Of a DNA stretch of 56,648 nt, positions 37,045 through 46,724 are shown piece after piece (the first letter of the stretch is position 1; each line of letters starts with the position of its first letter). The position numbers and the translations under genes are program-made. This stretch comes from Candidatus Thorarchaeota archaeon (lineage in GTDB: Archaea > Asgardarchaeota > Thorarchaeia > Thorarchaeales > Thorarchaeaceae). The DNA lies in assembly GCA_048882485.1 (NCBI GenBank), contig JBHLRP010000021.1, positions 1-56,648 on the forward strand, read 5' to 3'. The notes beneath the pieces were generated by a model, which made no database searches, was not told where the DNA came from, and was given only the letters and a program-made list of their open reading frames with translations.

Positions 37045-39378
37045 TCATTTCATTCGAGCCGCGGCAACAGCCACCTGACCTGCAGACACTCCTCCATCCC
37101 CAGGTGGTATATGCTTGTGTATCAGAGGCTGCTTTCCTTTCGAACGAATTACATCAACTAATGTTTCAGTAATAATTCGATTCAAAGCCACACCACCAGA
37201 GAACCCGACATACTTGACGCCTTCGTCATTAGCAATTCTGCAGGCCATCTCAGCGAGGGCTTCCCCAACATGTCGATGCACAGCATATGCAATCTTGTGT
37301 GTGGAATGTCCCTTTCTCTTTAGTTCCAGAATCTGGTCAAGGGATTCTGCTGAATTTAACTCGATGACTTTTCCACTTGAAATGAAGTCTGACTCGATAT
37401 TGAGTTCGGAGCTAACTGAGTGTGCCTCGAGTTTCATTGGACACTCGCCATCGTAAGAGTTCTCAGAACAGATACCTAATGAAACTGCCACAGCATCAAG
37501 GAACCTACCAACACTGGTACTCTGTAGGACATTGATGTCTTGGTCCATAGCTTGTAGTAGGACTGGCAATGTTTGCTCGTCCAGATTCTCGTTTGATGCA
37601 ATAGGCTGTCCTAATATGATTGGTAGGAACCTCTCAATTGGAAGTCTGTTCCCAAGAATCCCCACTAGAGACCGTGCTGCATACCTTGCCGAGAGATCCC
37701 CTCCAGGGAACGGACTTGGCTTCAATCCTCCCCTTCTCACAAACTCTGTTGCATTTCCGACTAGTATGTCGCCGCCCCATCCTCCTCCATCAGGAGAGTA
37801 TCCATAGCCATCTGCTGTAATACAAACAATACTTGTATCAAGGTCCATACTATTGTCTGCCAGTATTCCTGCAAGATGCGCATGATGATGTTGTACACGA
37901 ATCAATGGAGCGTCAATCTTGGAAGACAATCCCTCAGCCAGTTCTGTGCTCAGAAACTCTGGATGCAAGTCACATGCAATAGCATCAACCTCATCAACCC
38001 CAAGCAGAAACATCAGATGGCCGATGCTAGTTCTGAGGAAGTCAATGTTCTCAACTCGGTCAGTGTCGCCGATATGCTGAGTCATGTATACTTTCTTGGA
38101 CTTGAGGACCGCACCAGTCGCTTTCTCTTCAGGTCCTACTGCAACGACTTTCAATGCAGGTCTGCAATTAATGGTCAAAGGTTCAGGCACATATCCTCTA
38201 GCACGTCGAATGAACACTGGACTGTCATTGCCTACAAACTTAATCACTGAATCATCTGATCTCTGATGAATCCGGCGATTGTGTAGCAGGAAGTAGTCTG
38301 CTATCCCACTCAGCTCAGTGGTAATCACTTGTGGATTGATGTACATCGGTACACCTGTAGGATTTGCACTCGTCATTACCAAAGCCTCCTCTTCGAGCTT
38401 TTCGAATAGAAGATGATGAAGAGGAGCATAGGGTAACATGACGCCTAAGGTGTCCAAACCTGGAGATATCTCATCAAGTGACTTTTGGGAAATTGTTGAA
38501 CCAGTACGTTTTCTGACTAAAACAATGGGTCTTCGCCAAGTTTTCATTAGTTTCATTTCATTCTCAGTGGGTTCGCTGAATCGGAAGACTGCATCTGCGT
38601 CCTTGGCCATAATCGCAAAGGGCCGTTGAAACCTGTTCTTTCTCTCTCTCAGAACTCTAATCGGTCTATAATCAGAGGTCTTTATCACAAGATGTGTTCC
38701 GCCTATGCCTTGCAGAGCTAGAACAGCGTTCTTCTCTAATAGATGCGCCGCTTGAAATATACTGTCAATATCCTGTACCAGCTCTCCATCTTCACCATAG
38801 AGTAGATATCTTGGTCCGCAACTATCACATGCTGTTGTCTGGGCATGATACCTACGATCCATCGGACTTGTATAACCTGTATTACAAACATTACATAGAG
38901 GAAAATCCACCATTGTAGTATTTGGACGGTCGTAGGGGAGGCGAGTGATAGTTGAGTATCTTGGCCCGCATGCGGCGCACGAGGTAAATGGATACTGATA
39001 CCATCGTGAATCCGAACTCTTCAGGTCCAGAATGCAATCATCACAGATAGCAATATCCGGAGGCATTTCTGGTGCTGACTTTTCACTTCTCTCTGTTGAT
39101 GAGTTTCTTATTGAGAATGAGTCAAAGGAGTCGATTGCCGAATCCCACTCTACGTTGACTGAGTCAATGCGAGAGATTGAAGGAGGATTTGATTGGAGTT
39201 GCTTAATCAGTTCCTCTATTCTCTCACGATCCCCCTCGACCACTATTTGTACACCTGCATCTCCGAGGTTTAGTACATAGCCTAACAGTGACAGGTTGTT
39301 TGCAACTCGATAAACAAAAGGCCTGAATCCAACACCCTGGACAATTCCAGTGACATGGATATCAGCTCGTTGTTTCAA
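37045..39378 (-). CDS. hypF: [NiFe]-hydrogenase carbamoyltransferase
   Basis: GIVQGVGFRPF, two Zn fingers, TSAN, QHHHAH, PGDGGVSAGQ. Confidence 0.96.
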   Translation of the reverse strand: MKQRADIHVTGIVQGVGFRPFVYRVANNLSLLGYVLNLGDAGVQIVVEGDRERIEELIKQLQSNPPSISRIDSVNVEWDSAIDSFDSFSIRNSSTERSEKSAPEMPPDIAICDDCILDLKSSDSRWYQYPFTSCAACGPRYSTITRLPYDRPNTTMVDFPLCNVCNTGYTSPMDRRYHAQTTACDSCGPRYLLYGEDGELVQDIDSIFQAAHLLEKNAVLALQGIGGTHLVIKTSDYRPIRVLRERKNRFQRPFAIMAKDADAVFRFSEPTENEMKLMKTWRRPIVLVRKRTGSTISQKSLDEISPGLDTLGVMLPYAPLHHLLFEKLEEEALVMTSANPTGVPMYINPQVITTELSGIADYFLLHNRRIHQRSDDSVIKFVGNDSPVFIRRARGYVPEPLTINCRPALKVVAVGPEEKATGAVLKSKKVYMTQHIGDTDRVENIDFLRTSIGHLMFLLGVDEVDAIACDLHPEFLSTELAEGLSSKIDAPLIRVQHHHAHLAGILADNSMDLDTSIVCITADGYGYSPDGGGWGGDILVGNATEFVRRGGLKPSPFPGGDLSARYAARSLVGILGNRLPIERFLPIILGQPIASNENLDEQTLPVLLQAMDQDINVLQSTSVGRFLDAVAVSLGICSENSYDGECPMKLEAHSVSSELNIESDFISSGKVIELNSAESLDQILELKRKGHSTHKIAYAVHRHVGEALAEMACRIANDEGVKYVGFSGGVALNRIITETLVDVIRSKGKQPLIHKHIPPGDGGVSAGQVAVAAARMK

Positions 39379-39506
39379 TCCAAACAGTCCTCTCTACGTG
39401 GACCCCTATAAGTCTGGAATATTAATCCAACTAAGTAGCACGTTTGGTGTGTCGGTGCAATATATGACCTATTAAGGAGCCAGTTATCACAGAATCTTGA
39501 ACTAAC

Positions 39507-39923
39507 GTGCGTGTCTCAGGTGATAATAATCGGCCCCTATTGTTCGAACCCGAAACCACCCCTTCTATCTTAGCCAGTATTCCGGATTGCTTCAGGAGCA
39601 TTCTTCTGGAAACCGTTGAGAAGCTAAGGAAGAAGGAGAAATCCACACTCATATCGAGCAATAGTCTCGCCAATAGATTCATCCTTGAGAGATGGGGCAT
39701 TCGGCCTTCTCAGAGGAAAAGGTATCGCAACCTATTCGCACAGGTACGGAAACAATGTCGCGCTATATTCCAGCATTATCTCGCACGAGGCAGAGTCGAG
39801 TGGACAACTAACAACACGAACTATGTCTTTGGCGTTTTCAAATTCGATGAGATACGTGGCAATCTAATCCTCGGGTTTGTGTTAACCCCTCCCGAGTCAG
39901 AATGGAAACTTCGATTCAGGTAG
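39507..39923 (+). CDS. Hypothetical basic protein (possible winged-helix-like)
   Basis: 138-aa K/R-rich ORF; no family recognised. Confidence 0.6.
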   Translation: MRVSGDNNRPLLFEPETTPSILASIPDCFRSILLETVEKLRKKEKSTLISSNSLANRFILERWGIRPSQRKRYRNLFAQVRKQCRAIFQHYLARGRVEWTTNNTNYVFGVFKFDEIRGNLILGFVLTPPESEWKLRFR

Positions 39924-40094
39924 ATCTTTACTATTAATTGTTGTATTACAGGCATATCACGAATCTTCACCGGGAAGGTTTATGTGTTCAATTGTATACA
40001 AAATTGTATCCGTACAGATGTACAAGACTTAGGTCTGGAAAAAGCATTATGAAGCCTCTTTTTGCAGTTTCCATCCTTATGAGGCCTGTCAAAT

Positions 40095-40643
40095 ATGAGT
40101 CAAAAAAGGTCCAAAATCAAATGGCGTGGTACTGTGAAACAACTTGCAGATGGAGCACAGAGGGTCTTACAAGAGCCCATCTTGAAAGCACTGCTCGATC
40201 AATCCACACTTACAAAGGTCCAACTAGAAACTCTTCTGATAGACCTCGTTGTAGAAGACGAACATGGGAGTCATATTCCATATGATGAGAAGGCATCTCT
40301 CAGATTGAAAAGGAAGGGAAGTGGAGTTTCGCGTGGTTCGTTCAACAGAACCCTAGGCCAGGCGCGAAGAAACGTGACGCGTTGTCTATACACAATGTTA
40401 CTTCTAGCGTATCTTGGTCTGTTCGAATTCACACTTTTCAGGCCATTTGAGGAGATAGCCTCGAGGATTGGTGATTATCGGAAGATTCGTGATATACTAG
40501 CAGGGAAGGCAGATCTGTCCGACGAAGAGATCGAGAGCTATAGCACAGCAGAACGTACAATTCTCTCGGCGTTGGAAGAACTCACTTCATCAACAGTGCT
40601 AAAGTCCGAGTTGTCCAAACGCAAAGCTGAACCAGGAGTATAG
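40095..40643 (+). CDS. Hypothetical protein with HTH-like segment
   Basis: STLTKVQLETLL..YDEKA..VSRGSFNRTLGQARRN HTH-like pattern. Confidence 0.7.
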   Translation: MSQKRSKIKWRGTVKQLADGAQRVLQEPILKALLDQSTLTKVQLETLLIDLVVEDEHGSHIPYDEKASLRLKRKGSGVSRGSFNRTLGQARRNVTRCLYTMLLLAYLGLFEFTLFRPFEEIASRIGDYRKIRDILAGKADLSDEEIESYSTAERTILSALEELTSSTVLKSELSKRKAEPGV

Positions 40644-41033
40644 AAAAGAAACGGCACGAGCATGTCGTATCTGTGGCAAGTCGCTCAGGTTTCCAAGCAC
40701 CGAACTCTTACCGGCATTGGATCTTCTTGGAGGTACTTTTACTTGAGGAGATAGAGATGCCAACGACGGGCGTTTGAGGGTGCCAAAGGATGGAAATCCC
40801 GTAGCATTAGTTTGCCATCATTGACACAACATGCTCATACTTTACAAGGTCACAAGTATACATAGTTCTAATCTTAGAACGCATACTTTTTCTTTGTCTT
40901 GCTTCACTAAATGTTGTTTTCATATGTGAAATATTCATTGTATTACAAAAGATACAAACAATACAAGATAGCTCAACAAAGTCTTATCACTCAAGATAAT
41001 GATTCTAGTCATGCTATAGGAGTAAGACTGAGT

Positions 41034-42263
41034 GTGTCCGAAGAAAGAGATGCCAAGTGGTTCCTGAGGGCTAGTCGTGAGCGTGCGGAAAAAGCTGAGA
41101 TGGAAAGTTCACTGAAGGACATCGTTGACGCAATAGGCGAGAGAAGGTCCCGGGATCTGCTTGATATCGTTGCAACTGTAGAACAAGACAAGGGATGGAA
41201 CACAGCCCTGGAATATCTCATTTATGTAGGCAATATGGAGTATTCTACTCCAGCTGGCTTTGGAAAGCAACAGAAGCATATTGAGCCCCTGAAGTACCGC
41301 GAAATGATCTTTGACCTGTTGTCATGCAATGGATTTGAGCCTGTACAGACTGATACTGCAAGCCTTCTTCGAACGCTGAAATCGAGTAAATCTCTAGCTG
41401 AAGCATCACAGTCGTTCACTTTCCATGTTCAGGAGATTGCTATGAACCAAATAGAATCCGGTGACACACTATACTTCAATGTCCTTCCAGATCCTAAGTT
41501 TGAGGAGTTCAACAAACAGCTTGAAGCAATCCGCGTTGAACAGATAGCTAATCTCAATCTAAAACGAACTGGCGAGCTTGTGGAAACTACACAATTATGG
41601 TATTCTGAATACGGTCGCCTTGCTCTGTCCGACCTTGGGATAAAGGGAAACAAAATATCAATTAATCAGTTTGATATGGTATTATCAGTAATACAAGTAT
41701 CACCAGAGGTCAAACAAAAGATAACAGTGTCTGAAACAGTAGAAGCTTCTGGGATGGACTCCATCGGACCATCAAATCAAATGTACAAAGAACTTCATGA
41801 ACACATCATGCATCAAGACATTGAAGGTCTTATCTCCAAGGGCAGTATTCACTCCTTGCCAACTCTTAATGCAATACTAGATAATGCAGTTACTCAATAC
41901 ATGAGTTCTAAATCAAGCGAGGCTTATCGACAGCTTCTACAATGTGTCAATGGCCATGTTGCCGTCCGTCATTTGAACTCAATCACACACCTTGAGAAGC
42001 TATTGAGGACTGATGACCAAAGAATTATCACGCCATCGATAACAGCTCTTGGAAATCTCTACCATGAATCGTCCGCTCATGCCATTGTCGACCTGATTTG
42101 CAGGAGTATGGATAAGCGAGTCATCGATGCCTCATTAACTGCTCTTGACAACATCTTGAAGAAGTCTCCTGAAACTATGGCTGTGATCAAAGATGCTCTG
42201 GAATCTGAATGCAAGAACCGTAGGCATCTTAGACGCTTCCAAAAGAGAAGCCCTTCAGAATGA
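41034..42263 (+). CDS. Hypothetical protein with C-terminal HEAT-like repeats (GTG 41034 preferred)
   Basis: ITALGNL..AIVDLI..ASLTAL helical repeats. Confidence 0.65.
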   Translation: MSEERDAKWFLRASRERAEKAEMESSLKDIVDAIGERRSRDLLDIVATVEQDKGWNTALEYLIYVGNMEYSTPAGFGKQQKHIEPLKYREMIFDLLSCNGFEPVQTDTASLLRTLKSSKSLAEASQSFTFHVQEIAMNQIESGDTLYFNVLPDPKFEEFNKQLEAIRVEQIANLNLKRTGELVETTQLWYSEYGRLALSDLGIKGNKISINQFDMVLSVIQVSPEVKQKITVSETVEASGMDSIGPSNQMYKELHEHIMHQDIEGLISKGSIHSLPTLNAILDNAVTQYMSSKSSEAYRQLLQCVNGHVAVRHLNSITHLEKLLRTDDQRIITPSITALGNLYHESSAHAIVDLICRSMDKRVIDASLTALDNILKKSPETMAVIKDALESECKNRRHLRRFQKRSPSE

Positions 42264-42334
42264 TATTACTTGTAATACAATGCTCATTCGTTTCGCTCGG
42301 TAGACATAAATCAAGTGATAATTGGTTCAGAGTC

Positions 42335-43732
42335 ATGACCAGTTTGGGCCCAAAGGGATTCGATGAGATTGACTCCTTTTTCAATCCTTCACGGGTCGCC
42401 CTTGTTGGTGCATCATCCGACTATCGGAAACTAGGCAATTCCATTCTCATGAACCTCCTCACGTCCGAGATCGATGTCTATCCAGTGACTCGCAGCAGAG
42501 AACAAGTCCTTGGAGTCAAGACATATTCAAGTCTTGCCAATATTCCTGAACCTGTCGACTTGGTCATAGTTGCTGTTGCAGCAAAGTATTGTCCGGACTT
42601 GATGAGTCAGGTCCGAGAGGCAGGTGCGAGATCTGCAGTGGTGATATCGGGCGGTTTTAGTGAAACTGGGCCACAAGGTTCGCAACTTGAGGACGAGCTT
42701 GTCAAAGCCGCCCAGGAGGCTGGAGTCAGAATAATTGGACCTAATTGTGTAGGTGTTTCCAACAGCAGATTGTTCAATGGCACATTCACTATGACGCCTG
42801 AAAGAGGGAATATCTCACTACTCTCCCAGAGTGGAGCACTTGGTGGTATGCTCATCTACAACACACGTGTCAAGCGTATAGGTCTCAGTAAGTTTGCTAG
42901 CATTGGTAACTCAGCTGACGTCAGCTTTGGAGAGATTCTGGATTACTTCACTGACGATTCAAAGACCGCTGTGATAATGGTCTATGTAGAGGGGGTTGAT
43001 GACGGCCGTGCTTTCTTTGAGTCCCTCAGCAGAGCCGCTAGACAGAAACCGGTCATAGTGCTTAAGGGTGGGAGAAGCGAGCCTGGTGGTCGGGCAACCC
43101 AGTCTCACACAGGATCCCTAGCGGGTTCAACAGCTGTATTTGATGGTATGATTCGACAAGCCGGCTGTGTAACAGCTCCTTCTCTTGATACCTTTCTTGA
43201 GATTGCCAAATTGTTTGACTATCAACCACTACCAAAAGGACGTAATATTGGTATTATCAGTAATACAGGAGGGGCAGGTGTTCTTGCCACAGATGCATCA
43301 GCTGGTTTCGAGCTAAACATCCCTTCACTAGAACGAGAAACGAGCCAGGAATTAAGGCAGGTTCTATCTCTCATGGCTTCAGTAGAAAATCCGGTAGATG
43401 TTGTAGCAAGTGCAGGGAGAAAGGAATATCGAATTACCACAGAACTGATGCTCAAAGATCCTAACATAGACATGCTAATGGTGATATGCGGAGTTCCGAC
43501 CTTTGCTGGAATGACTCAGACAGAACATGCTGCAGGTACTCTGGAAGGGATACGAATTGCAGATGTCAAGAAACCCGTCGTTGGAGTATGGCTTGCGGGT
43601 GACGTTGGAAAACCCGGAAAGGATCTACTTGAGATGAATCGTATTCCTTGCTATGATGACCCGGCTCTAGCTGCATTGTGTATTGCACGAGTCACGGAAT
43701 ACTCGGAGATGCACGCATCCAAAAAGGATTGA
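42335..43732 (+). CDS. acdA: ADP-forming acyl-CoA synthetase alpha subunit
   Basis: FFNPSRVALVGAS, IIGPNCVG, SQSGALG, SHTGSLAG, NPVD. Confidence 0.92.
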   Translation: MTSLGPKGFDEIDSFFNPSRVALVGASSDYRKLGNSILMNLLTSEIDVYPVTRSREQVLGVKTYSSLANIPEPVDLVIVAVAAKYCPDLMSQVREAGARSAVVISGGFSETGPQGSQLEDELVKAAQEAGVRIIGPNCVGVSNSRLFNGTFTMTPERGNISLLSQSGALGGMLIYNTRVKRIGLSKFASIGNSADVSFGEILDYFTDDSKTAVIMVYVEGVDDGRAFFESLSRAARQKPVIVLKGGRSEPGGRATQSHTGSLAGSTAVFDGMIRQAGCVTAPSLDTFLEIAKLFDYQPLPKGRNIGIISNTGGAGVLATDASAGFELNIPSLERETSQELRQVLSLMASVENPVDVVASAGRKEYRITTELMLKDPNIDMLMVICGVPTFAGMTQTEHAAGTLEGIRIADVKKPVVGVWLAGDVGKPGKDLLEMNRIPCYDDPALAALCIARVTEYSEMHASKKD

Positions 43733-43810
43733 GCAGATTTAGTTACGACTAGACATAGTTGTATTACACGTATTATAACGATAATGCAATTATTCTCATG
43801 CTGAGAGCAT

Positions 43811-44098
43811 TCAGCCCTCATGATGCTTGTCGGCTATGTCTGGGAACTCCTCAGTCAGTGCTTTCCAAAGTTTTCTCTCAACCCACATACTCAGGTTGAT
43901 TGCCCTTTCATTACGCACATCCTGAAGACAAGATCGAAGCTCGGTCGTGAACGAGAATGACACGATTGGACTCTTCCTTTCCTTATTGGGTACAGCAATC
44001 ATTGCCTTCGGTTTCTCTACTGCAACTCTCGTTCCCGACTCAGCAACCGATTCTCTTTCCTCTTCACCAGCATCCCTATACTTTTTCAGAACACTCAA
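43811..44098 (-). CDS. Small protein with flexible N-terminus and C-terminal ribbon-helix-helix (ParG/SegB-like architecture)
   Basis: IVSFSF strand, TTELRSCLQDVRNER helix, INLSMWVERKLWKAL helix; SD GAGGTG; starts 2 nt after the ATPase stop. Confidence 0.7.
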   Translation of the reverse strand: MSVLKKYRDAGEEERESVAESGTRVAVEKPKAMIAVPNKERKSPIVSFSFTTELRSCLQDVRNERAINLSMWVERKLWKALTEEFPDIADKHHEG

Positions 44099-44100
44099 AC

Positions 44101-45075
44101 CTAACGCACCTCTCTCAGTATTGTCGCATAGGCATCCGATACAAGTTCTGCAATTCCTCTGCTAACTTCCGGATTGCCATTCTGCCTGAAGTTCTCTGCA
44201 GCCACCTGTTGACATCCTCTTGATAACATACGAATGTCACGTGGATTACCCTTGGCTGCTCTATTGATGACTATCACAGCATCATCAACGAATGGGTAGA
44301 TATCGTAGCTGTTCGCATCAAAGGTGTCAATCTGCCCCTTTGCATATGCGATTCTTCTGCCAATGAACTCCTTGGCCTTCTCATCGTCTAAAGCAGGAAC
44401 ATCAAGTGGCTCAGTCCTATCCGCAATTTGCGGCAAGAAGCTTAGCATTGCGTTCCAGTAAACCGCCGTCCCTGACATTATCAAAGTGATAATTGGCTCA
44501 TCTAATACCTCTGGATTGCCCTCTTTCATCTCCTGAGTGGGCAGGTCTGCAAGGTATCTGAGCTTGTGGAATGCTGCTTCTTGGTTATCAGCAACATCTT
44601 CCACAAATAGGGCTGTACGGCTTTTCTCTTCACTATATCTTCTCACACACTCTTGGGCAATTGATTCTACGATTTGACTTGATTCCCAAGATCTACGGTA
44701 TTTCACTCTCAACGAGTCTGCTATTGCTGCTGACATCTGTTTTTCATAAAGGCCAGTCATCCCAACATATCCGGTGACGAATTTGTTTCCTCGACGGTCT
44801 GCTAGGGTAGGCAGGTCTCTGAGAGCCAGCAACATGAGAGTACTCTTTCCTGAACCCACCGGCCCTCTGAGAAAGATGTGTCTCTCATTCGTGATTATCA
44901 AATCAACAATGCTATCGAGAAAATCAGGGTGTTCCACATATAGTCTGGAATCAGGCATCTTGTATCCCCTAAATGGGGAAAACCTACACCCAATTCTTTC
45001 CTCCCAAGCTCGCAAGACTTCCTTGCGCGTGTTGAAGTGGCGAATCAATGCACTTTCGTGAATTGCTATTGTCAT
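44101..45075 (-). CDS. ExeA/GspA-like AAA+ ATPase
   Basis: FSPF, Walker A GPVGSGKST, atypical Walker B LFVED, IMSGT, IADR, PF..GNPRDI sensor 2; no C-terminal wHTH. Confidence 0.8.
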   Translation of the reverse strand: MTIAIHESALIRHFNTRKEVLRAWEERIGCRFSPFRGYKMPDSRLYVEHPDFLDSIVDLIITNERHIFLRGPVGSGKSTLMLLALRDLPTLADRRGNKFVTGYVGMTGLYEKQMSAAIADSLRVKYRRSWESSQIVESIAQECVRRYSEEKSRTALFVEDVADNQEAAFHKLRYLADLPTQEMKEGNPEVLDEPIITLIMSGTAVYWNAMLSFLPQIADRTEPLDVPALDDEKAKEFIGRRIAYAKGQIDTFDANSYDIYPFVDDAVIVINRAAKGNPRDIRMLSRGCQQVAAENFRQNGNPEVSRGIAELVSDAYATILREVR

Positions 45076-45254
45076 GATGTGAACCTCATGGTATCACATG
45101 TACTTCTTGTAATACAATCACCGGGATGCTGACTAATAAGTGGTATGGTGGACTTTCAGTCTGGCGCCTCCAAGACGCAACCTTTTTGAACAAGATGAAT
45201 AGGCAAGAAGGCAAGTCCCGGCATGACCGGTCAATCACACAGGAGAATCCTCGA

Positions 45255-45533
45255 ATGGATGTCGATCGAATACGGCACGTCCTAAACTCTCTGATGATAC
45301 TCAGTTTCCTAATCTTCGGAGGTTTAGCAGCAATAATCCTAATCGCAGATGTGGAGCTAACAAGCCCAGCAGTGGCACTCCCCTTCGCATTCCTGTTTAT
45401 CTCCCTCACGACACTTATCACAACTGGACAGATAAACGACAGGCCCCGATTGGTTAAGAAATATCTCCGAAACTGGTTGATCATCTGTGCTTTTGCCATT
45501 CTTGTCAGTGCCCTAGTCATTACATTTGCATGA
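45255..45533 (+). CDS. Small three-TM membrane protein
   Basis: Three hydrophobic helices; AGGAG upstream of ATG 45255. Confidence 0.65.
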   Translation: MDVDRIRHVLNSLMILSFLIFGGLAAIILIADVELTSPAVALPFAFLFISLTTLITTGQINDRPRLVKKYLRNWLIICAFAILVSALVITFA

Positions 45534-45609
45534 TATGCATCACAAGAGTTTTAGGACATCAATATAGCACGACTGACTGTACCAATCTCATCCGCCGAAG
45601 TGAAGATCA

Positions 45610-46242
45610 ATGAGCAAAATTCTGCCTGGAACAAAGACGACTCGCATGGAGCTTCTGCGACTGAAAAATAGGATGAGACTCGCAGAACGAGGTCATAACC
45701 TTCTCAAAGAGAAACGCGACTCACTAATCATGGAATTCTTCAACTCAATTGAAGAAATCAAGAAGACTCGGGCGGAGGTTGAAGCGGCTCTCGCCTCAGC
45801 ATTCTCCGCACTAACAAAGACAAAGATGGTCATGGGTCCAGCTGAGGTCGTTGAGTTTGCCAATGCAAGCAAAGTCCAAGCTGACCTGAGAATCTCTACG
45901 AGATCTATGATGGGTGTAGTAGTCCCAGTACTGTCCGTAGAACAACACATACCCGAGCTCCCCTACTCTCTTCCAGATTCAAGCGTCCAGCTTGATGTCA
46001 TGTCGACCAGGTTTAACGAGGCCATGAAAGCTGTAGTTCGTCTTGCCGAGATTGATTCAACTGTCAAAAGACTGGCAATCGAAATCGAGCGAACCAAGAG
46101 ACGTGTTTCTGCTCTTGAAACCATTGTGATTCCTAGACTGGATGCAACAGCACGGTATGTAAAACAAGCTCTTGAAGAGAGAGAACGTGAAGACTTCTTC
46201 AGGCTCAAGTTTCTCAAAGAACAGATGGAGTCTGAGAGCTAG
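45610..46242 (+). CDS. atpD: A/V-type ATP synthase subunit D
   Basis: TRMELLRLK..GHNLLKEKRD, EIERTKRRVSALE, EEREREDFFRLK. Confidence 0.95.
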   Translation: MSKILPGTKTTRMELLRLKNRMRLAERGHNLLKEKRDSLIMEFFNSIEEIKKTRAEVEAALASAFSALTKTKMVMGPAEVVEFANASKVQADLRISTRSMMGVVVPVLSVEQHIPELPYSLPDSSVQLDVMSTRFNEAMKAVVRLAEIDSTVKRLAIEIERTKRRVSALETIVIPRLDATARYVKQALEEREREDFFRLKFLKEQMESES

Positions 46243-46265
46243 GTTATGTATTAGCTGTATTACAT

Positions 46266-46667
46266 CTACGTATGCCGTAATTTCAAAATTGCTGCCGCAA
46301 GATCTCCCTGTGTTTCCCGTAGAGCCTCTTTTGCTACTTCGATATCAACTCCAGTCTGTGCTGCAACAAGTGCGGCATCTTCCATTGGAATCTCAATCTC
46401 CTTCACTGGTTCTTGAGCAGATTCTTCGCTACCTTCTGCAGTTGTAGTCAGACCGCGTTCCATCTTTGTGCCTGATACTTGGAACGACTCACTACCAGCT
46501 TGTTTCACCAGCAACACCTGAGGATCATTGACTACCCATTCTTTGTCTGCAAAACGGAATATCACTTCCTTGACACCAGGCACGTCCTGCTGTTCGATAC
46601 CCATCTGTTTCATCATTCGGGCAATGGCTCTAGGTGACATCCCGCGTTGACCACGTCTGCGTGACAT
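46266..46667 (-). CDS. nac: Nascent polypeptide-associated complex protein
   Basis: MMKQMGI, FQVSG, UBA-like GDLAAAILKL. Confidence 0.93.
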   Translation of the reverse strand: MSRRRGQRGMSPRAIARMMKQMGIEQQDVPGVKEVIFRFADKEWVVNDPQVLLVKQAGSESFQVSGTKMERGLTTTAEGSEESAQEPVKEIEIPMEDAALVAAQTGVDIEVAKEALRETQGDLAAAILKLRHT

Positions 46668-46724
46668 TGTTCAATCCTCAAGTCTAGATATTCAATCTGA
46701 CACTCGAATGAGGAGATAAAATGC

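Noticed and set aside
40600-40750. Short frame with CRIC motif after the 40095 gene
   Set aside because: No start codon after the upstream in-frame stop and only one CxxC.
24214-42335. N-terminal extensions in the ORF track (ipk 25134, rps10 25076, SufS-like 29088, LKR 33870, 33656, 40911, acdA 42260)
   Set aside because: They overlap neighbouring genes or regulatory motifs; family homology begins at the downstream starts used.
44101-45075. Second Orc1/Cdc6 paralogue
   Set aside because: Lacks the C-terminal winged helix and Cdc6 N-terminal motifs; the pattern fits ExeA-like AAA+ better.
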